Translations under genes and position numbers: made by a program
The notes under the pieces: model-generated
Told to the model about the DNA's origin: nothing
Databases searched by the model: none
The model's input: only the letters and a program-made list of their open reading frames with translations
Shown here: one piece after another, positions 1 through 15,109 of the stretch
Layout: every line of letters begins with the position of its first letter
How positions within the stretch are numbered: position 1 is the first letter of the stretch
From: the human T2T-CHM13v2.0 reference genome, Homo sapiens
Length of the DNA stretch: 64,000 nucleotides
Assembly (NCBI RefSeq): GCF_009914755.1
Contig: NC_060928.1
Reading direction: 5' to 3' (one strand)

Positions 1-105
1 GTTTTAGATATAAAGATACAGACTGGTTAAGAGTAAAATAATGGAACATTTAATCATAAAAGCTGGAGTGGCTATGTTTACGTAAGACAAATTAGACACC
101 AGAAA
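1..105 (+). mobile_element. Old L1M ORF2 endonuclease-region fragment
   Basis: tttagatataaagatacagactggttaagagtaaaa...aaagctggagtggctatg resembles the L1 ORF2 5' region. Confidence 0.55.
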
Positions 106-189
106 TTGAGTTAAAAATCTAATTTTCATTGTGGTGACATGAATGAGATTTCAGGTTAGAACTTCAGTTTCCTTTTTATGTCTATCGAT

Positions 190-310
190 CTTGTTTATAA
201 ATATTTATCATATAATACTATATATACAATGCTATATATATTATACATAGTGATTGTATGATAGATTATATAAATATAATATTATATTATATTTGTATTG
301 TATTATATAG
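190..310. repeat. AT-rich low-complexity (TA-like) tract
   Basis: Degenerate tata/atat runs seen directly. Confidence 0.7.
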
Positions 311-2006
311 TGATGAAATGATAGCACTATTCAAGAGCTCTCAAAGTCACCCAATAGTAGCTATTGTTTAAAAAGTTCAGAATAAGAAAATTTTTCACCA
401 AATTTATTTCATTTTATATTTGTAGCCTCAAAAGAATCATATTTGAAGGGTATATATATAATTTACAATACTGTAATCATTTAATATCTAACATTCTTCT
501 CAGCATTTGTTGCTTCATCATCCTGATGACTCTTGTAACACACTTTTGTTTATTGAGATATTTAAAATATAACAAAAATATAAGCTTTCTCTATCTTTGA
601 ATTTCAAGGTAAATAGATTATCTTGAAGAATCCCCACATTGTCTAGATGTGCACATTAAGGCCTAGGTATATTAAAAACAAACAAAGCAAGGTAGTGGTA
701 GAACACAGTTCAATGACCTGAATCTAAGTTAGGTAGTTTGACATCCTCAGTCCAAACCATTATTATTACATTTCATCAAATTGTTTTTTTAGCAAGCATG
801 CACACCTGTATGAATTTCATTTATTTTTAGTATAAAAGATAAACTCTTAGTTCTAATGTGCCTAAATGTCATTAAATACCTGTTGCACATCATATGTTTA
901 GAAACATTCTTTTATATTGATATATGAATTGTGGAATAAGCTTTCCTCAAATAGAGTGAGAAAAATTATTGGAAGTTTAAATATACTTTTGTTTCACACT
1001 ATATTGACAAAAACAGTACTTAATAATGTATTTAAACTGTCAAGGTTGTTTACATGGTACATCATAAAATTATTTATATTAGCTGTTTTAAATTCTTCCT
1101 CCCATAGCCACTGTTATTTCCAGTAATATTTTCAGGACTTATATTTCACCTAATTATAGACCATGTTTTTATAGTTCTTAGCATGCTTGGTAAAATTGCA
1201 ATGAAGAATATTCAGTCAAAACTGCCTCTAAATAAATTCCATAAAACCGAAGATTTTGAAGAAAATCACGGAAAATCAGTATATTTATGGATTATTATAA
1301 ATAATCTCATTTTATTTTATAGTCAGTCTTAAAACCACATGAAGATAATGCTATATAAGGAAAGTTAAACATAAACAGTAATGATTTATTATTGATCCTT
1401 ACTTTTTTCACATTTAAGATTTTAGAACTAGTGAACCAAATACTACAAATAATGCAGTAGTATGTCAAATGAACAAAAAGTACATAAAATATATGTTTAA
1501 AGTATGCAATGCTATCTGCTGTATTTCCAAAAATGCCACATTCCATATTCATTTTTTCTATTATGTTATTCTGAATGTATCTATATTGTGTCTGAATTGC
1601 AATGTGACCTCCTAAGTATATCAATGAAAACTTTTCTTTCCCTAAAAGACTCTGTGTCCAATTTCCAGGAGCATACAATTCACATAATTATAATAATGGT
1701 GAAGAAATTGCATATGAAATATTATCTAATAGCCATCTAATACAATCAAATCTGCTATTCTATCAAATTAGAAGAAAGAGAGGAAAAAAGTAAGGGAAAA
1801 TTTAAATTTATAAAATTGAAATATGATATTATTGGGAAATTGATACAACAGAATATTCACAAGCAGTTTTTAGGAGTCTGAATATTACTTGAAATGAACT
1901 TTTAAATAATTCAGAAACAGTAAACTGCAGAGCTGTGCAAAAACTACTTTTAGATTGAATTCAGATTCCTAGATATGACTCTAAGTGTAGTCATCTTGAG
2001 GTTTCT

Positions 2007-2311
2007 TTCCTTTTTGTTTGTTTGCTTTTGAGACAGGGTCTTACTCTGTCACCCAGGCTGGATGCAGTGGTGTAATCATGGCTCATTGCAGCCTCAACCT
2101 CCTGAGCTCAAGTGATCTTCCCACCTCAGCTTCCTAAGGATAAGACAATAGGCACAAGCCACCATGCCTGGCTAATTTTTTATTTTTGTGTTTTGTAGAG
2201 ACAGAGTCACTGTGTTGCCCATGCTGGTCTCGAACTACTGGCCTCAAGCAATTTGCCTGCTTTGTCCTGCCAAAGTGCTGGGACTACAGTCATGAGCCAG
2301 CATGCCTAGCT
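2007..2311 (-). mobile_element. AluJ with 16-bp target-site duplication
   Basis: gagacagggtcttactctgtcacccaggctgg...ctcctgagctcaagtgatc (J-type diagnostics). TSD tcatcttgaggtttct (1991-2006) / tcatcttaaggtttct (2312-2327). Confidence 0.92.
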
Positions 2312-2829
2312 TCATCTTAAGGTTTCTGGCATTCCTTGACTTCATTAAAGTTACTTCTCAGATCATTGTTTCTATAAGGGTCTCCTCTATTCATTATGAT
2401 TATTTTCACAAACTTTTGTAATAATTTTTCTAAATGGAACTGACCAGGTCTAAATCTTATAAGAAATATCATACCGGAAAATAAAGGAAAATCTTTTTAA
2501 GCAAAACCTTTGTAAGTTATCTATGTTGCAAAAGTCAAGTAATTATCATAAAGATGTTCAATATTTAAGCTAAAATTTTAATTGTTATGAGACTGTAATG
2601 AAGGTGTGAAAAAACTGATGCTTTATTTTGCAGTGTAATAAAAGTAACTGTTTCTTTTAACTTAGATGTTTGACAATCAATAATAGGATTCTAGAGTTTA
2701 AAGCTAGATCGCATTGTGTTGAAAAATTTATACCAGAGATTGTATAAGAAGATAATACTTAACTCTTAAGACATTTTACAACATTCTATTATCTTATGTA
2801 TTCATTTTTTCAGTCTTCTTCTTATGTTC

Positions 2830-3000
2830 TTTTACTACTTAGCTCTTAAATATTGGTATTCTCAGTGTTCACTTCTCAGCTGATTTTTTTCTAGTCTACA
2901 TCAGCTCTTTATGGGTGCTGATTCAATTATACTGTTTTAGCTAACATTCCATTAGCTCACAATCTTTATCTCTAATCCACCTACCTCATTTGAACTTCAC
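2830..3000 (+). mobile_element. L2 fragment
   Basis: ctcttaaatattggtattctcag...caatctttatctctaatcc resembles the L2 3' region; very diverged. Confidence 0.4.
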
Positions 3001-4264
3001 ATTACATGTATATAAGCATAGGCACACATACACATTTTATATTAACTAGTATATTGATCACACCATGCACATATATGCATATATTGAACAAATGGGGCTT
3101 ATAGGATATAATCTAAAACCACTCTTTTTTTCTCTTATACTCTGTAAATGTGTGATTTTTGGTAAAGGTTTTCTCCTATCTCTGGAAGAAAACTCAGGAG
3201 GTCCCATAATTTGTTCATCTCAGCTTTCAGTAACAAAAAGTTGTATTGTCCTTGTAAGGTACAAATATAAGATAATTGGCATTGCAAAATGTCTAATGTT
3301 ATATAATAATCACAATTCCAAATCTGATTCTTTCTTTCTGTAGCTGGATATTTTGCTGGTGCAAAGTCAGGTAAGGAGAAAATGATGTTTCCTTAATCCT
3401 TCTCTATTTTTACTTCTAACTCTCCTCCTCCATCTTTTTTATGACCACCTCCAGTTTTTACGTGGATGAATGAACGATACGTAAGAGTGGACAGGGAGTT
3501 TCTTACCAAATTGATAACTGTCTTAGGAAGACTTTGTGCTGTATGGGCCTATCAGGTTTTAAAGGCTTCATCTATTTTCATACCCCTAGATACCTTTTTG
3601 GGTCTTTCAGGGGTCTGTGGAGTAAACATACAAGCATATGTCTTGTCATATGTGATATTTTTCTCTGGCTACCACCTCTTTGTCCCTGGATATCTGTGAT
3701 CCATGTTTCCACTGGAGTTTACTCTGTATTCCCAACAGCCATCTCGGGCAGAATGTACATTTGTTCTCACCTGTGGCATTCAAATCTGATCCACAGTAAA
3801 TATTCTTGTATTTCTTGCCCAGACCTTTAATTTCAAAGCAGCAGCAACTTTCCTTTGACAACAAATAAGTAAGCAGATCACAGCTGCCTCTGACGACTTT
3901 TAGATTTTTCTGGTGAAATTCAGGCCACAGTCTGCTTGTCTGGGAACACATATAAAGCTGTCTGAGTGGTTCTGTTGAAATCCCTCTCACAATTTGAAGT
4001 GTAAGCACCCTCATCCCTCCTTATAGGAATGGTGGAATCATAGCATAGCTCTTTCCAAAGAAACCTTCTTCACAAATTCTGTTGCCACCTTTGCTGTCTT
4101 TACTCTTTTAGATTTTCCTTTTGGATATGTTAACAGTTTAAGTGCAACTTGCTTACATTTGCAAATACCTTCATATCATAGCAGTACCTAGACTACTGTG
4201 TGGCTGAATAACAAGGAGTCAGAAACCTTGGGAGGGACATCTTTAGAATTCTTCCTACCACAAT

Positions 4265-4940
4265 GTCTCTAAAGAGAGATTATTTGAGCAGAAATATAAA
4301 GGAAGTGAAATTATGACTATCTGGGGGAGTGAGGGAAGGGCATTCCAGGTAGAAGGAAGAGGAAGAGTAACGGATCTATGGTCAGAGCATGATTAATGTC
4401 ACTGCAGAAAAAAAATGAACCAACGTGACTGGAGTAGAGTGGATGAGGAGAAAGTGGCAGGTGACGGGGTCAGAGCATGAGTGGTCTGCTCACTCACATA
4501 TGTCACAGTAAAAACTTGCCTTTTACCTAGAGATCACCCATTTTCATCTCTGCTTCTTTTTTCTCAAGGATGGCTTCCAGGTGTTTGATCTGATCCGCTG
4601 AAATAATGGACTTGACATTTACTGAGTTGAGAAAGACAGCAGAAGAGTGGGTTTGTGTGGGGTATCTGGCTTTGGGTATGTTAAGTTTGAAATGCCTGTT
4701 GAACTTTCAAGAGAAGATTGGAACACAAAGTTAAATGTAAGATTCTGGGCATCAAAGCTAGAAGTATAAATTTGAAGATCATCTGTATATGGCTGATTTT
4801 CTAAATGGGATACTGAACAAAATCTTAAAGGTAATGATTACAGCTAGAAGAAAAAGTATCAAGTCTTTGGGACTACCAACATTTAGATATCAAACAGGTG
4901 AGAAGAAATCAGGAAGGTAGACTTAGAGGGTGGCCCATGA
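4265..4940 (-). mobile_element. L2 (L2a-like) fragment
   Basis: gggcattccaggtagaagg, gactggagtagagtgg, tttgggtatgttaagtttgaaatgcctgtt are typical antisense L2 motifs. Confidence 0.7.
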
Positions 4941-5268
4941 AGTGAAAAAGGTCTATTCACTGTTGGAATCCTGAATGGCTGTGGCAATGCTTGGCAAATA
5001 GTATGAATTTAAGAATATTTTGTAAAGACTGATTAAATGAATTAAGTGCTAAGTATATGCCAAACACTGTAAAGAGTGGGGCACACGCATGAAGAATACT
5101 AAATATGGAACAGATATAAATGTGCATTCAAACAACAACAAACCCAAAGTGACAAGTGGTACAGCAGGTGCTCTAGAACAGAGAAAAAAGAAAATAGTGC
5201 AAAGTGCCCCAAATGCTCAATAAAGGATACAACACATGAGGTAAAATTTGAAAATCTAAGAAGAGTTA

Positions 5269-5700
<432 letters not shown>

Positions 5701-6713
5701 TCAAAGGACATTTTAAAATATGAATTGGAAGAAAATATTCAATTAACTCCTCATCTTCTTAGATAACATTGACAACTTTGGATGCTAAAAACTAAGTGAG
5801 ATTACAGGTAGAGAATACAACCCAAACAGTACAAATTTATCATTATTAGCTGGCAGGTACAGCTTAACAAAGGGATCTAGGAAGGAAAATACTTAACAAC
5901 ACTCACTCAAGGACTAAGTTAAGGAAAAAGACCAATATCCTACGTGTCCTGATGAAAATAATGTTAGAGAAGAGAGCATTCTTTAATTGTAAAAAGAAAG
6001 AAATATAACCACCTAAACATCTGCTGGATGCAGATGCCATGACTTATGGAATACATTAACATAAAGAAATCTTCACTTAAGGGCATAGAAAATTATCAAG
6101 GAAATAAACAATAAGTAAATAATTGCATTAAAAGTAATGATTTAAAATAATTCCTTTAGGCAGAAATGCAAAGACTGAAGGACATTGAGAAAACATTTTT
6201 AACTGTGAAAAATGTGAATATTACAAACATGTTTGTAATTATTAAATGCCAGGATTCTAAAACTCAGATACATTTTGTAAATTTTGAATAGTTAGCACAC
6301 AGGCCAATAATAAATGTAAGCAAACAAAACACAGGAAGAATTAAATGAACAAAAATCTTTCTCTAGAGAGTTGATAGAGGTTTTTAATATAATTCAAATT
6401 GTTTTAAATGCATATATTGATCTATCTCAATCTAAGTTATTTTTTATTTACATGAAAAGAAACAAAAACATTGAGAAACAGTATAATAAAAGCAAAATAA
6501 TTGTTATTAATATTTTGTAAACATTCCCAAGTTAGGTAAAATGCAATAGGAAAACATTCTTTGTGCGAGCATGTAATGTGCCAGCATGTACATGTATACC
6601 AGAGGCAGTTATTGCAACCTAGCTGAGTCACGTACTTGATATTGGTTTGCTATTACTTAGATTCTGAGAGATTGACTGGGAGATTACATGATTAGTGAAA
6701 GAGTATAGGTTTC

Positions 6714-6962
6714 AAGCCCAGTGTGGTGGCTCAGGCCATTAATCCCAGCGCTTTGTGAGGCAAGGTGGCAGGATCACCCCATGTCTCTATGAAAAACAAG
6801 AAACTAAGCCAGTTGTGGTGGTATGCACCTACAGTCACAGCTACTACTGAGAAGGTTGAGGCAGGAGGATCACTTGAGCCCAGGAGTTTGGGCCTGCAAT
6901 GAGCTATGATTGCACCACTGCACCCTAGCCCAGGTCACAAAGTGAGGCCTTGTCTCAAAAAA
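6714..6962 (+). mobile_element. AluJ with internal left-arm deletion
   Basis: Left arm jumps from ggatcac to cccatgtctcta; right arm ggatcacttgagcccaggagttt...gagctatgattgcaccactgc is J-type. Confidence 0.88.
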
Positions 6963-6989
6963 GGTATATAAATACCTAAAAGTTACATT

Positions 6990-7145
6990 TCTTAGACCAA
7001 AAAACCTGGGGTTAAATCCTAGCTCTACCATTTACTGTGTGACTTTGGGTTTTCCCTCTCAACCATTTCAACTAGAAAGTGAAGTAAATAATGACTATTT
7101 TGCATTGTAAGGATTACATGAAATAAGGCAAATACTTATGCTTAA
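6990..7145 (+). mobile_element. MIR fragment
   Basis: cctggggttaaatcctagctctaccatttactgtgtgactttggg is the MIR core. Confidence 0.7.
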
Positions 7146-7859
7146 TTGCTGAACCCTATGGTATCAGTACTATTAATAGATTACAAATTCCAGGTCCAGA
7201 CCACAGTGTGCTTATTAATACTGAAAATGCTTTTGCTTGTCCTGCTTCCTCAACCTCCCACACTCACCAATCTTTGTAATCCCTTGGAAAGCACCAGAGG
7301 CCTACAAGACATGTCATATTTTGTAAGAATTGTCAAGCAATGTCTCTTCTCTTCAAAGATATTTCAAAAAATTCTGAAAAGCAGAAGCTATCAAACATAA
7401 ATATTTACAATAAAAAATTCAACATTTCCTGATTATTTATGTTATTGTAGTAAATGAGGTTATTTACTTCTACAATGTAGACACATAAGCAGTACATTTC
7501 CCAATCTTATGAACTAGTAGGCCTGTATTATCAATTTTACTTGCTTAGTCCTCAAGTAAATCAATAGCATAGCTGCGAGGAACATAAATCGAAGTAAAAT
7601 CATTCAAATGAAAGCAAAATCTGGGTAAATGTGCATTTCAAAACCTATTCTGAATGACTGAATTGTCCTCACTAATGACAGTTTAATATTTTTAAAGTAC
7701 TGTAATACTGTCAGATTTGGCGAGGGGAAGGGGTAAACAGCAGGTATTGAGAAGAAAAGCACCATTCTGGTCCACACAGGATTCAATACACACTACTAGG
7801 CCTTGATTATTCAAGGACAGGTAAGACAAAATTCCTCTCTTCAAACTGTCATTTTAAAA

Positions 7860-9250
7860 ATTATTTTAGGTTCCACTTTCAGTAATTGTTGAATATGGTC
7901 TTATAGAACCAGCACTGCTGCAGATAAATAATTGAATTCTAGACTTTTTTTTTTTCTAAAGCAGGAAGGGTATGAAGAGTTAATAGAGTAGGCAGATTCT
8001 TGTAGTCTGCGTGTTGAGGAAGGAGGTTATGTGTAGTGAATTTCCAATTTTTGCTGTTTTTTAAGTTGGGGGTAGGCAGAGTTTTCATGGTGCAAGGTAG
8101 CAATAACACTGGTAGAAAAAAATGCAGACTTTTTAGCCTGGAGAATCAGAAAGTTGTGTATAGCCACTGAGGAAAGCCGAAGAAATCCGAGAAGAAAATG
8201 AGATAAATTATCACCAAAAACCACCTACCCAAAACTCGGATGATCTATCAGCCACATATGTATTCCACAGGCTTCAATCACCTCTGCTAAGACTAGAACA
8301 CTGAATTGAGATTGAAGCTGGCACCCAAGAAAGTGAGTTTCCATTTTGAGACCAACAAAGTTAATCATCTGTTAAATCAATCAAGCAACACTCTCTGGGG
8401 AAAAATAATGCAATGCAGCATCACACAATTCCATATTCATAAGGTCTGGAACACCATCCTGAATTTTGAGACATGTTAAAAATCAGAAATATGGAACTCA
8501 TTCTCAAAAAAAAAGTAAAGATAATCAATTAAGAATAAATTTGAGGTGATCCAGTTGTTGGGATTAGCGGATATCATTTTAAAGCAACTAAGATTGTTAA
8601 ATTCAATAAGGTAAAAGAAAACATGCTTGTAATAATTGCAACAATAGAAACTAACAGTAGAGAAATATAAATTATAAGAATGAACTAAATGGAATGTAAG
8701 AATGACAGTAACAAAAAAAACCTTTTAAATTAAAACTAAATTCACAAAGGAAAAGGTAAGTAAACATGAATATAGATCAATCAAAATTATCTAATTTGAA
8801 AAAAAAGAAAAAGATTGAGAAAAAACTAAATAGAACCTCAGGGAACTGTTAGGTAATATCAAGTGCTATGACATATACATTTGAAGTTCCAGAAGAGAGA
8901 AGAGAGATAATTGTGTAAGAAAATATTTGAAGAAATAATGGCAGAAAATTTGCTTAAATGCTTACATTTACAAATTAAAGATATGCAGGACTTTCCAAGC
9001 AGAATGACACAAAGGTCATTCCTAATCATACTCAAACTTTCAAGACCTAAAGATTAAGGCCAATTTTGAAAGCAGCAGGAAGAATATGACACATAGAGGT
9101 AAACAATAATTCAATTTGTCTGGCATCTCGTCAGAAATTTTAGAGACCAAAAATGAGTTGAATAACATCATTAAGTGAAGAAAAAAATAATTGAAAACTT
9201 TCAACCCAATAATCTCCATTCATGAAAATATTACTTAGGATTAAAGGCAA
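7860..9250 (+). mobile_element. Old L1M 5'UTR/ORF1 region
   Basis: gaacctcagggaactg...gaagttccagaagagagaag...aaaatatttgaagaaataatggcagaaaattt is decayed L1 ORF1. Confidence 0.75.
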
Positions 9251-11175
9251 GGACTCACTGGTTTCACCTAGAATGTGAGAAGTTAAAAAGAGTATTGTTC
9301 ACAAATAAACAATAAGAAAAGTCTGAGTAATTAGCAAACCACAATTTTCTTGAATCCATAAGTGAGTTTATGTCCTAGAGCAATACAGTAACCCAGAATC
9401 TAAAAAAAGACATGTGCCTCCAAGAAAGGATGGAATGTGAACACTGGCTTACTTGAGACAGATACCAAATACCATGTAAGCTAATAAGAAAAATTCAATT
9501 TATATTTTCAGTGAATTGCTAAAGGCTGAGTGTAGGCTAAAATGACAGTAAATAAACTCTGGAAACCATAAAAAAAAGAAGAATTCATAAACATTGACAG
9601 ACATGACTCCAGGATCTCAGTGTGTGCTCTCAAAGAAGACTTAGGGCAAGATAAGGGACCCAAGAAACCACCTGAGAAGCAGAAGCTGCTGTGGGAAAGG
9701 TATGAACTCCCATCCACATCCATCTTCCCTACATACCTTATGGAAGAAAACCTTAAATTCCTAGGGGTAAGCCCAATATCCTGTCACTCTCTAGATATAG
9801 GTGAGGATCCCTTGCACCAAAGGAAAAGAGTTAAAAACACAGCTGTACCTGGGAAAGGATCAGGAGAATATCCTGAGTATAGACCATTAAAGAACCTCTT
9901 CCACTAAGGGGGCAATAGGATTTCTGAGAAAGTCCTACCTTTGAGATTCAGATACATAGTACCTTCCTAAAGCTGTAGCTTAACAAAAATATGAAGGAAT
10001 GCTCTCACTACCAGAGCAGCAAATGTTGCTTAAGAAGTGCCAACCTTCTATCAATGGTGGAGGGGTACAATCAAGAAGGGGGACCCTCTCTGAGGCTCAG
10101 TTGCAAAGGAAAAATCAAGAAACAAGTGGAGAAAAAGGCTGTGGCAAGCCAGTCTCACGCTAAGCACAAGGCAACCCTATAGTTACTTTAAGCCTGAGAT
10201 GCACTGAGGATAACAAGAAAAAAACCAAAGCCAAAATTTTTAATTATCAGAATAGACTGGCTCAACTGCCGTACTAAAAGCCATGCAAAAGAAGAGGCAT
10301 CACTAATTCCAGGCACAAATGTTATTTACATCCATCTCTACTGTTCTACACAATATATCCAGTTTTAACCAAAAAGATAGAGACATGTATAAAAGGAAGA
10401 AGAAAATAAACCAACAATAAACACGGCCAAGAGACAAAGCACTTGATAGAACCAGATTAGAAATAACAGATTTAGACATAATCAGAGAAATACTTTAAAA
10501 TTACAATGATTAATAAGTTAAAGGCTGTAGTATAAATGGCGAACACTTGCATTAAAACTAGAGATGGAAACTATAGGAAAGAAACAAATACAATTGTTTG
10601 GGAGGAGGAGGCAGAGGATGATAAGGAGAAAGAGAAGAAAATAAAACAGAGGAGGAGGAGGAGGAAGAGAGAAGACAAAGGAGGAAGAAGAAGAAGGTGA
10701 AAAGGAGTAGGAGGAAAACAGAACTTAATAGAGCTGTGGTTATTATCAAACAATCTAAGAGAGAAGTAATTAAAATGTCAGAAGAAGAAGAAAGAGAAAA
10801 ATGGGGTCGAAGAATATTTCAATGATTAATTTAGAATTCTCCAAAATTAATGAAAGACATCAAACCACAGAGATAAGAATCTTAGAGAACACTAAACAGA
10901 ATAAACACCAACCAATCAAACAAACAGATATACAAACAAAATCTAGATGCACCATCGTCAAACTGTTTAAAGAGTGATGAGGAGAAACATCTCTAAAATA
11001 GTTACATATTTCATCAGAGTAGTAAAGAAAATAGCAGATTTGTCAGCTGAAACCCACAAGCCAGAAACAGCGGCATGACAGGGGTAACATGCTGAAACAA
11101 AACAAAACAAAACACAAAGCTCTCAACCCAGTATACTTTACCCAGTGAAAATATATTTTAAAAAAGAAAAATGAA
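9250..11175 (+). mobile_element. Second old L1M 5'UTR plus ORF1, containing a GA-rich tract (~10600-10720)
   Basis: A second ORF1 pass: aaaattaatgaaagacatcaaaccacag...caagccagaaac...tcaacccagtatactttacccagtgaaaatatattt. Confidence 0.7.
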
Positions 11176-11460
11176 TATTTTTTAAGTTTTCTGGATATAT
11201 AATATCTTTACACATTTATGGGATATGTGATATTTGGATACAAATATACAACAAATAATGACCAAATCAGGGTAATTGGAGTATCTGTCATCTCAAACAT
11301 TTATCACTTGTTTGTTTTGGGAACATTCCAAGTCCTCTTCTCTAGTTATTTTGAAACATATGAAACACACAATAAATTAGAGTTTACTATAGTTCCTCCA
11401 CTGTACTATCAAACATGAGATCTTATTACTTTTTACTTGTTTTTGTACCCATTAACCAAC
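11176..11460 (-). mobile_element. L1MA 3' end inserted in the older L1
   Basis: acatttatgggatatgtgatattt...caaatcagggtaattggagtatc...tttttgtacccattaaccaac is an antisense L1MA 3' terminus. Confidence 0.8.
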
Positions 11461-11900
11461 ATACATCACATAATGATAAAGAGTTCAACAAGAAGATACA
11501 GTAACCCTAAATGTATAATGTATCTTAAAAGAGTCTTCAGAATACCTGAGAAAAAATCTAATAGAACTGAACAGAGAAATAGACAATTACATCTGAAAAC
11601 ATCAACGCTGTTCTAAAAGTACTCACTAAAGTAAGTAGATAGAAAAAGAGTAAGGGTATAGATCTGAAAATCATTGTCAACAAACTTGGCATAATTTATA
11701 TTGACAGAATAGTCCAACAAATAATAACAGAATACATGTTCCTTTTATGTGCAGATGGGACATATTCTGGGCCATAAAACAGACCTCAACAAATTTAAAG
11801 AACTAAAGTCATTCAAAGTCTGATACTAAAACTAACCAGAATTACAGTAGAAATCAATAACAGAAAGAAATATGAAAAAATAGGTAGCATTTAAAAAGAA
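11461..11900 (+). mobile_element. L1M ORF2 endonuclease-region fragment
   Basis: cataatgataaagagttcaac...atagaactgaacagagaaatagac...catattctgggccataaaacagacctcaacaaattt. Confidence 0.75.
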
Positions 11901-12064
11901 AATGCAAGCATAAGAATAAACATAAATTAACTGTAAATATATTATTTTTAATTCAATAAGGGTACATAATTTATTGCCAGAATCTGAGCTCACATTAATA
12001 AATTGTAAATAGGTTTAAAGATTTAAGTGCAAAAAATATATACATTAGGAGAATATACAAATCA

Positions 12065-12613
<549 letters not shown>

Positions 12614-15109
12614 TCAGGCTGCTAACATTTTCTACCTCATGAAAAAAGGGAATGAATGGAGTTGGTGAAAAGATATTCTCTTAATATACCTCCACGTGTT
12701 ATTTTTAAAAAATAAGCATGCATTACTTGCACAATCAAAATACAAAATATAAAAATAAAGAAAATGGAAAATATACAATGTTATATGGATTCTTCCTTGC
12801 TGTGATATGTTGAAAATCACTTAACACTCATTAATGTCTCAAAGGAATCATCATAAAATTAATGGCTTTTGTATTGGCTAGCATATGGTTCAAGGACTGC
12901 AGTCCTTGATGTTTTCTCATTAAACAACCCCAAATAATTTTTTTAAGTTATTTTACTTGTTTTTATGTATACTTTTTCTATTGGTTTTAACTATCACTTC
13001 TTGATGCTTTTAAGACACCTATTTTGCAAACATTCAAGGATTTTATGTATTACTCAACTGGCATTGGAGTAAAGTTTAACAGGAATAATGTTTATAATTG
13101 ACTATAATTGACTAAATATATGTGGTAACATAAAATTTTCTGTTTTGTTTTATTTTTCTGCAGATTTCTTAACCTCTTCATTGTTTTTTTTTGGGGGGAG
13201 GTGTTGTTTCATTTTGAATAGGTTCCGATAGTTCAGATGACTGGCTAAAATTGCTTAACACCCTACATGGCTTTATTTTGAAATTAAATATTTACATTAT
13301 TGAAAACAGAATGTAATAAAGTTGACAACATTTCATTCACCCAGTGAGAAATGTTAAAAAATAGCCAATGCTGATAGCAATTGCCATTGTTTGGAATAAT
13401 ACAGTTCCTAAAGAAAGAATAAAGGATAACCAAAAGTTTGGTTCCTAGCAGATCCAATGCAGTAATTTCTCAGGACACGATAATGTAACAAAATAATTTT
13501 ACTGCAGTACATCAATCACTTAGTACTTTTATTTTATAGCAATACTTTTAAACTACATGTGATTACGTTAATTTAGCTATATATGAATCGTATAATTTCA
13601 GCAAAATTAAAATATACAAATCTTAAGACAATACCTTAGTAATACTTAAGCATATAATTAAATTTTATTATAAGGAGTTAAGAGTCCACAGAATAAAAGA
13701 GAATAAAATGCCAGATGTCTCAATAATTAGAACCAAAATAAGCAATGATATGGATCTCTCATTTTATTACTTGAAATAAGAAAATTTATCTAATCTTCTC
13801 AAATATTTTGTTTCCAAAAGATGAAGTCTCCTGCTATACCTAGAAGACTCCTAATTGCATTAAAATGTGGCATTGTTTTAAACCATCTGATTCCACATTC
13901 AGTCTTTCTCTTAATGTGAAGACAGCATGACATAAAGTGAGCAGTATCTTGGTAAGAAATTAGAATGTATTCATTTACCCTGAAGGTTTACATAATTCTA
14001 TCATTTTCTCCGACTGAGGAGAACATTTGGCTTGTAGGAAAGCAGATATAAGACATTATCTTAATCTTAGTCAGACTCTGCTAATCTGGGGATTTTGCAT
14101 ATGATGCTAATGTCCTGATGCTCTCCAAATTGTTAAAGGGAAAATTAGTACAATGTCACTTTCAAGAATTATGTATTCTTGATTGCAGCCATATTTTTAA
14201 AAGCCTGGGTATAGTATTTCTGCTATGCAATTTTTGGAGATTTAAATAATAAAATAAAATCAAGGTATCTTGATAATAGTAAGCACAACATATTCTTATT
14301 GAATAAAACATCACCAAGCATTTTCATGCTAATGATAATAGGATGAGAGGCTAAATAGTTGCATTTCCTTCAACTTCTTATCGTAAAACACATTTTAAGA
14401 TTTTTACCATCTTAGTTACTTTTCTATGATCATTCCTTTGTTTTTCAGTGATAGCTCTAAAGTAAATCCAAACAAAATATATTCAAGAAGCCTGATTTTA
14501 TAAAATAAAAATTAGGTGTCGATTGTTAAAAAATAATGACAGACTGTATAAACTCCATTTTTTAAAGCTATGACATTTTTGACCATTTTGTCAACTCAAA
14601 TCATTTAGCTATGAAATATTTACACTGTCCAAGATTCAAGTAAAATACAATTCTTGAGTAATGACTGTGGAATTCTTTATGCAAATGCTATAATACAATT
14701 TGGTTGATTAAAATCTCAGATTACTATCATAATGTGTTTAAGAGTTAAGTATAATTACTAAAATAGCTACTAAAAAGACTATATATTTCATTATATTTTA
14801 AATGTTAACTAATGCAAAATATATAGCAATGTTGATTTGATGGTATGTGAAGCTAGAAAATCCCCCTTTCTTTGTAGAACTATATTCCACTTTCAAGGTT
14901 CATTGACTTTTTTGAAAAAGCAAAATATCTTTCCATTTAAATTTCATTAAGCTTTTACCCTTTTAATCCAATTCTGCTATCATCAGAATCTTGCCCTTTT
15001 GGAAACTATGTTATGTAGCAAATATAAGCAAGCAGCTACAGGCTAATTTATCACTCTTCTGAAGTTAGGACATTGTCCAGGTAACAATTTGTGATTAGAC
15101 TTTTTGGTT

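Noticed and set aside
364-1740. Short ORFs in the AT-rich start of the window
   Set aside because: Composition-driven I/L/F/K-rich peptides with no recognisable domain or exon structure.
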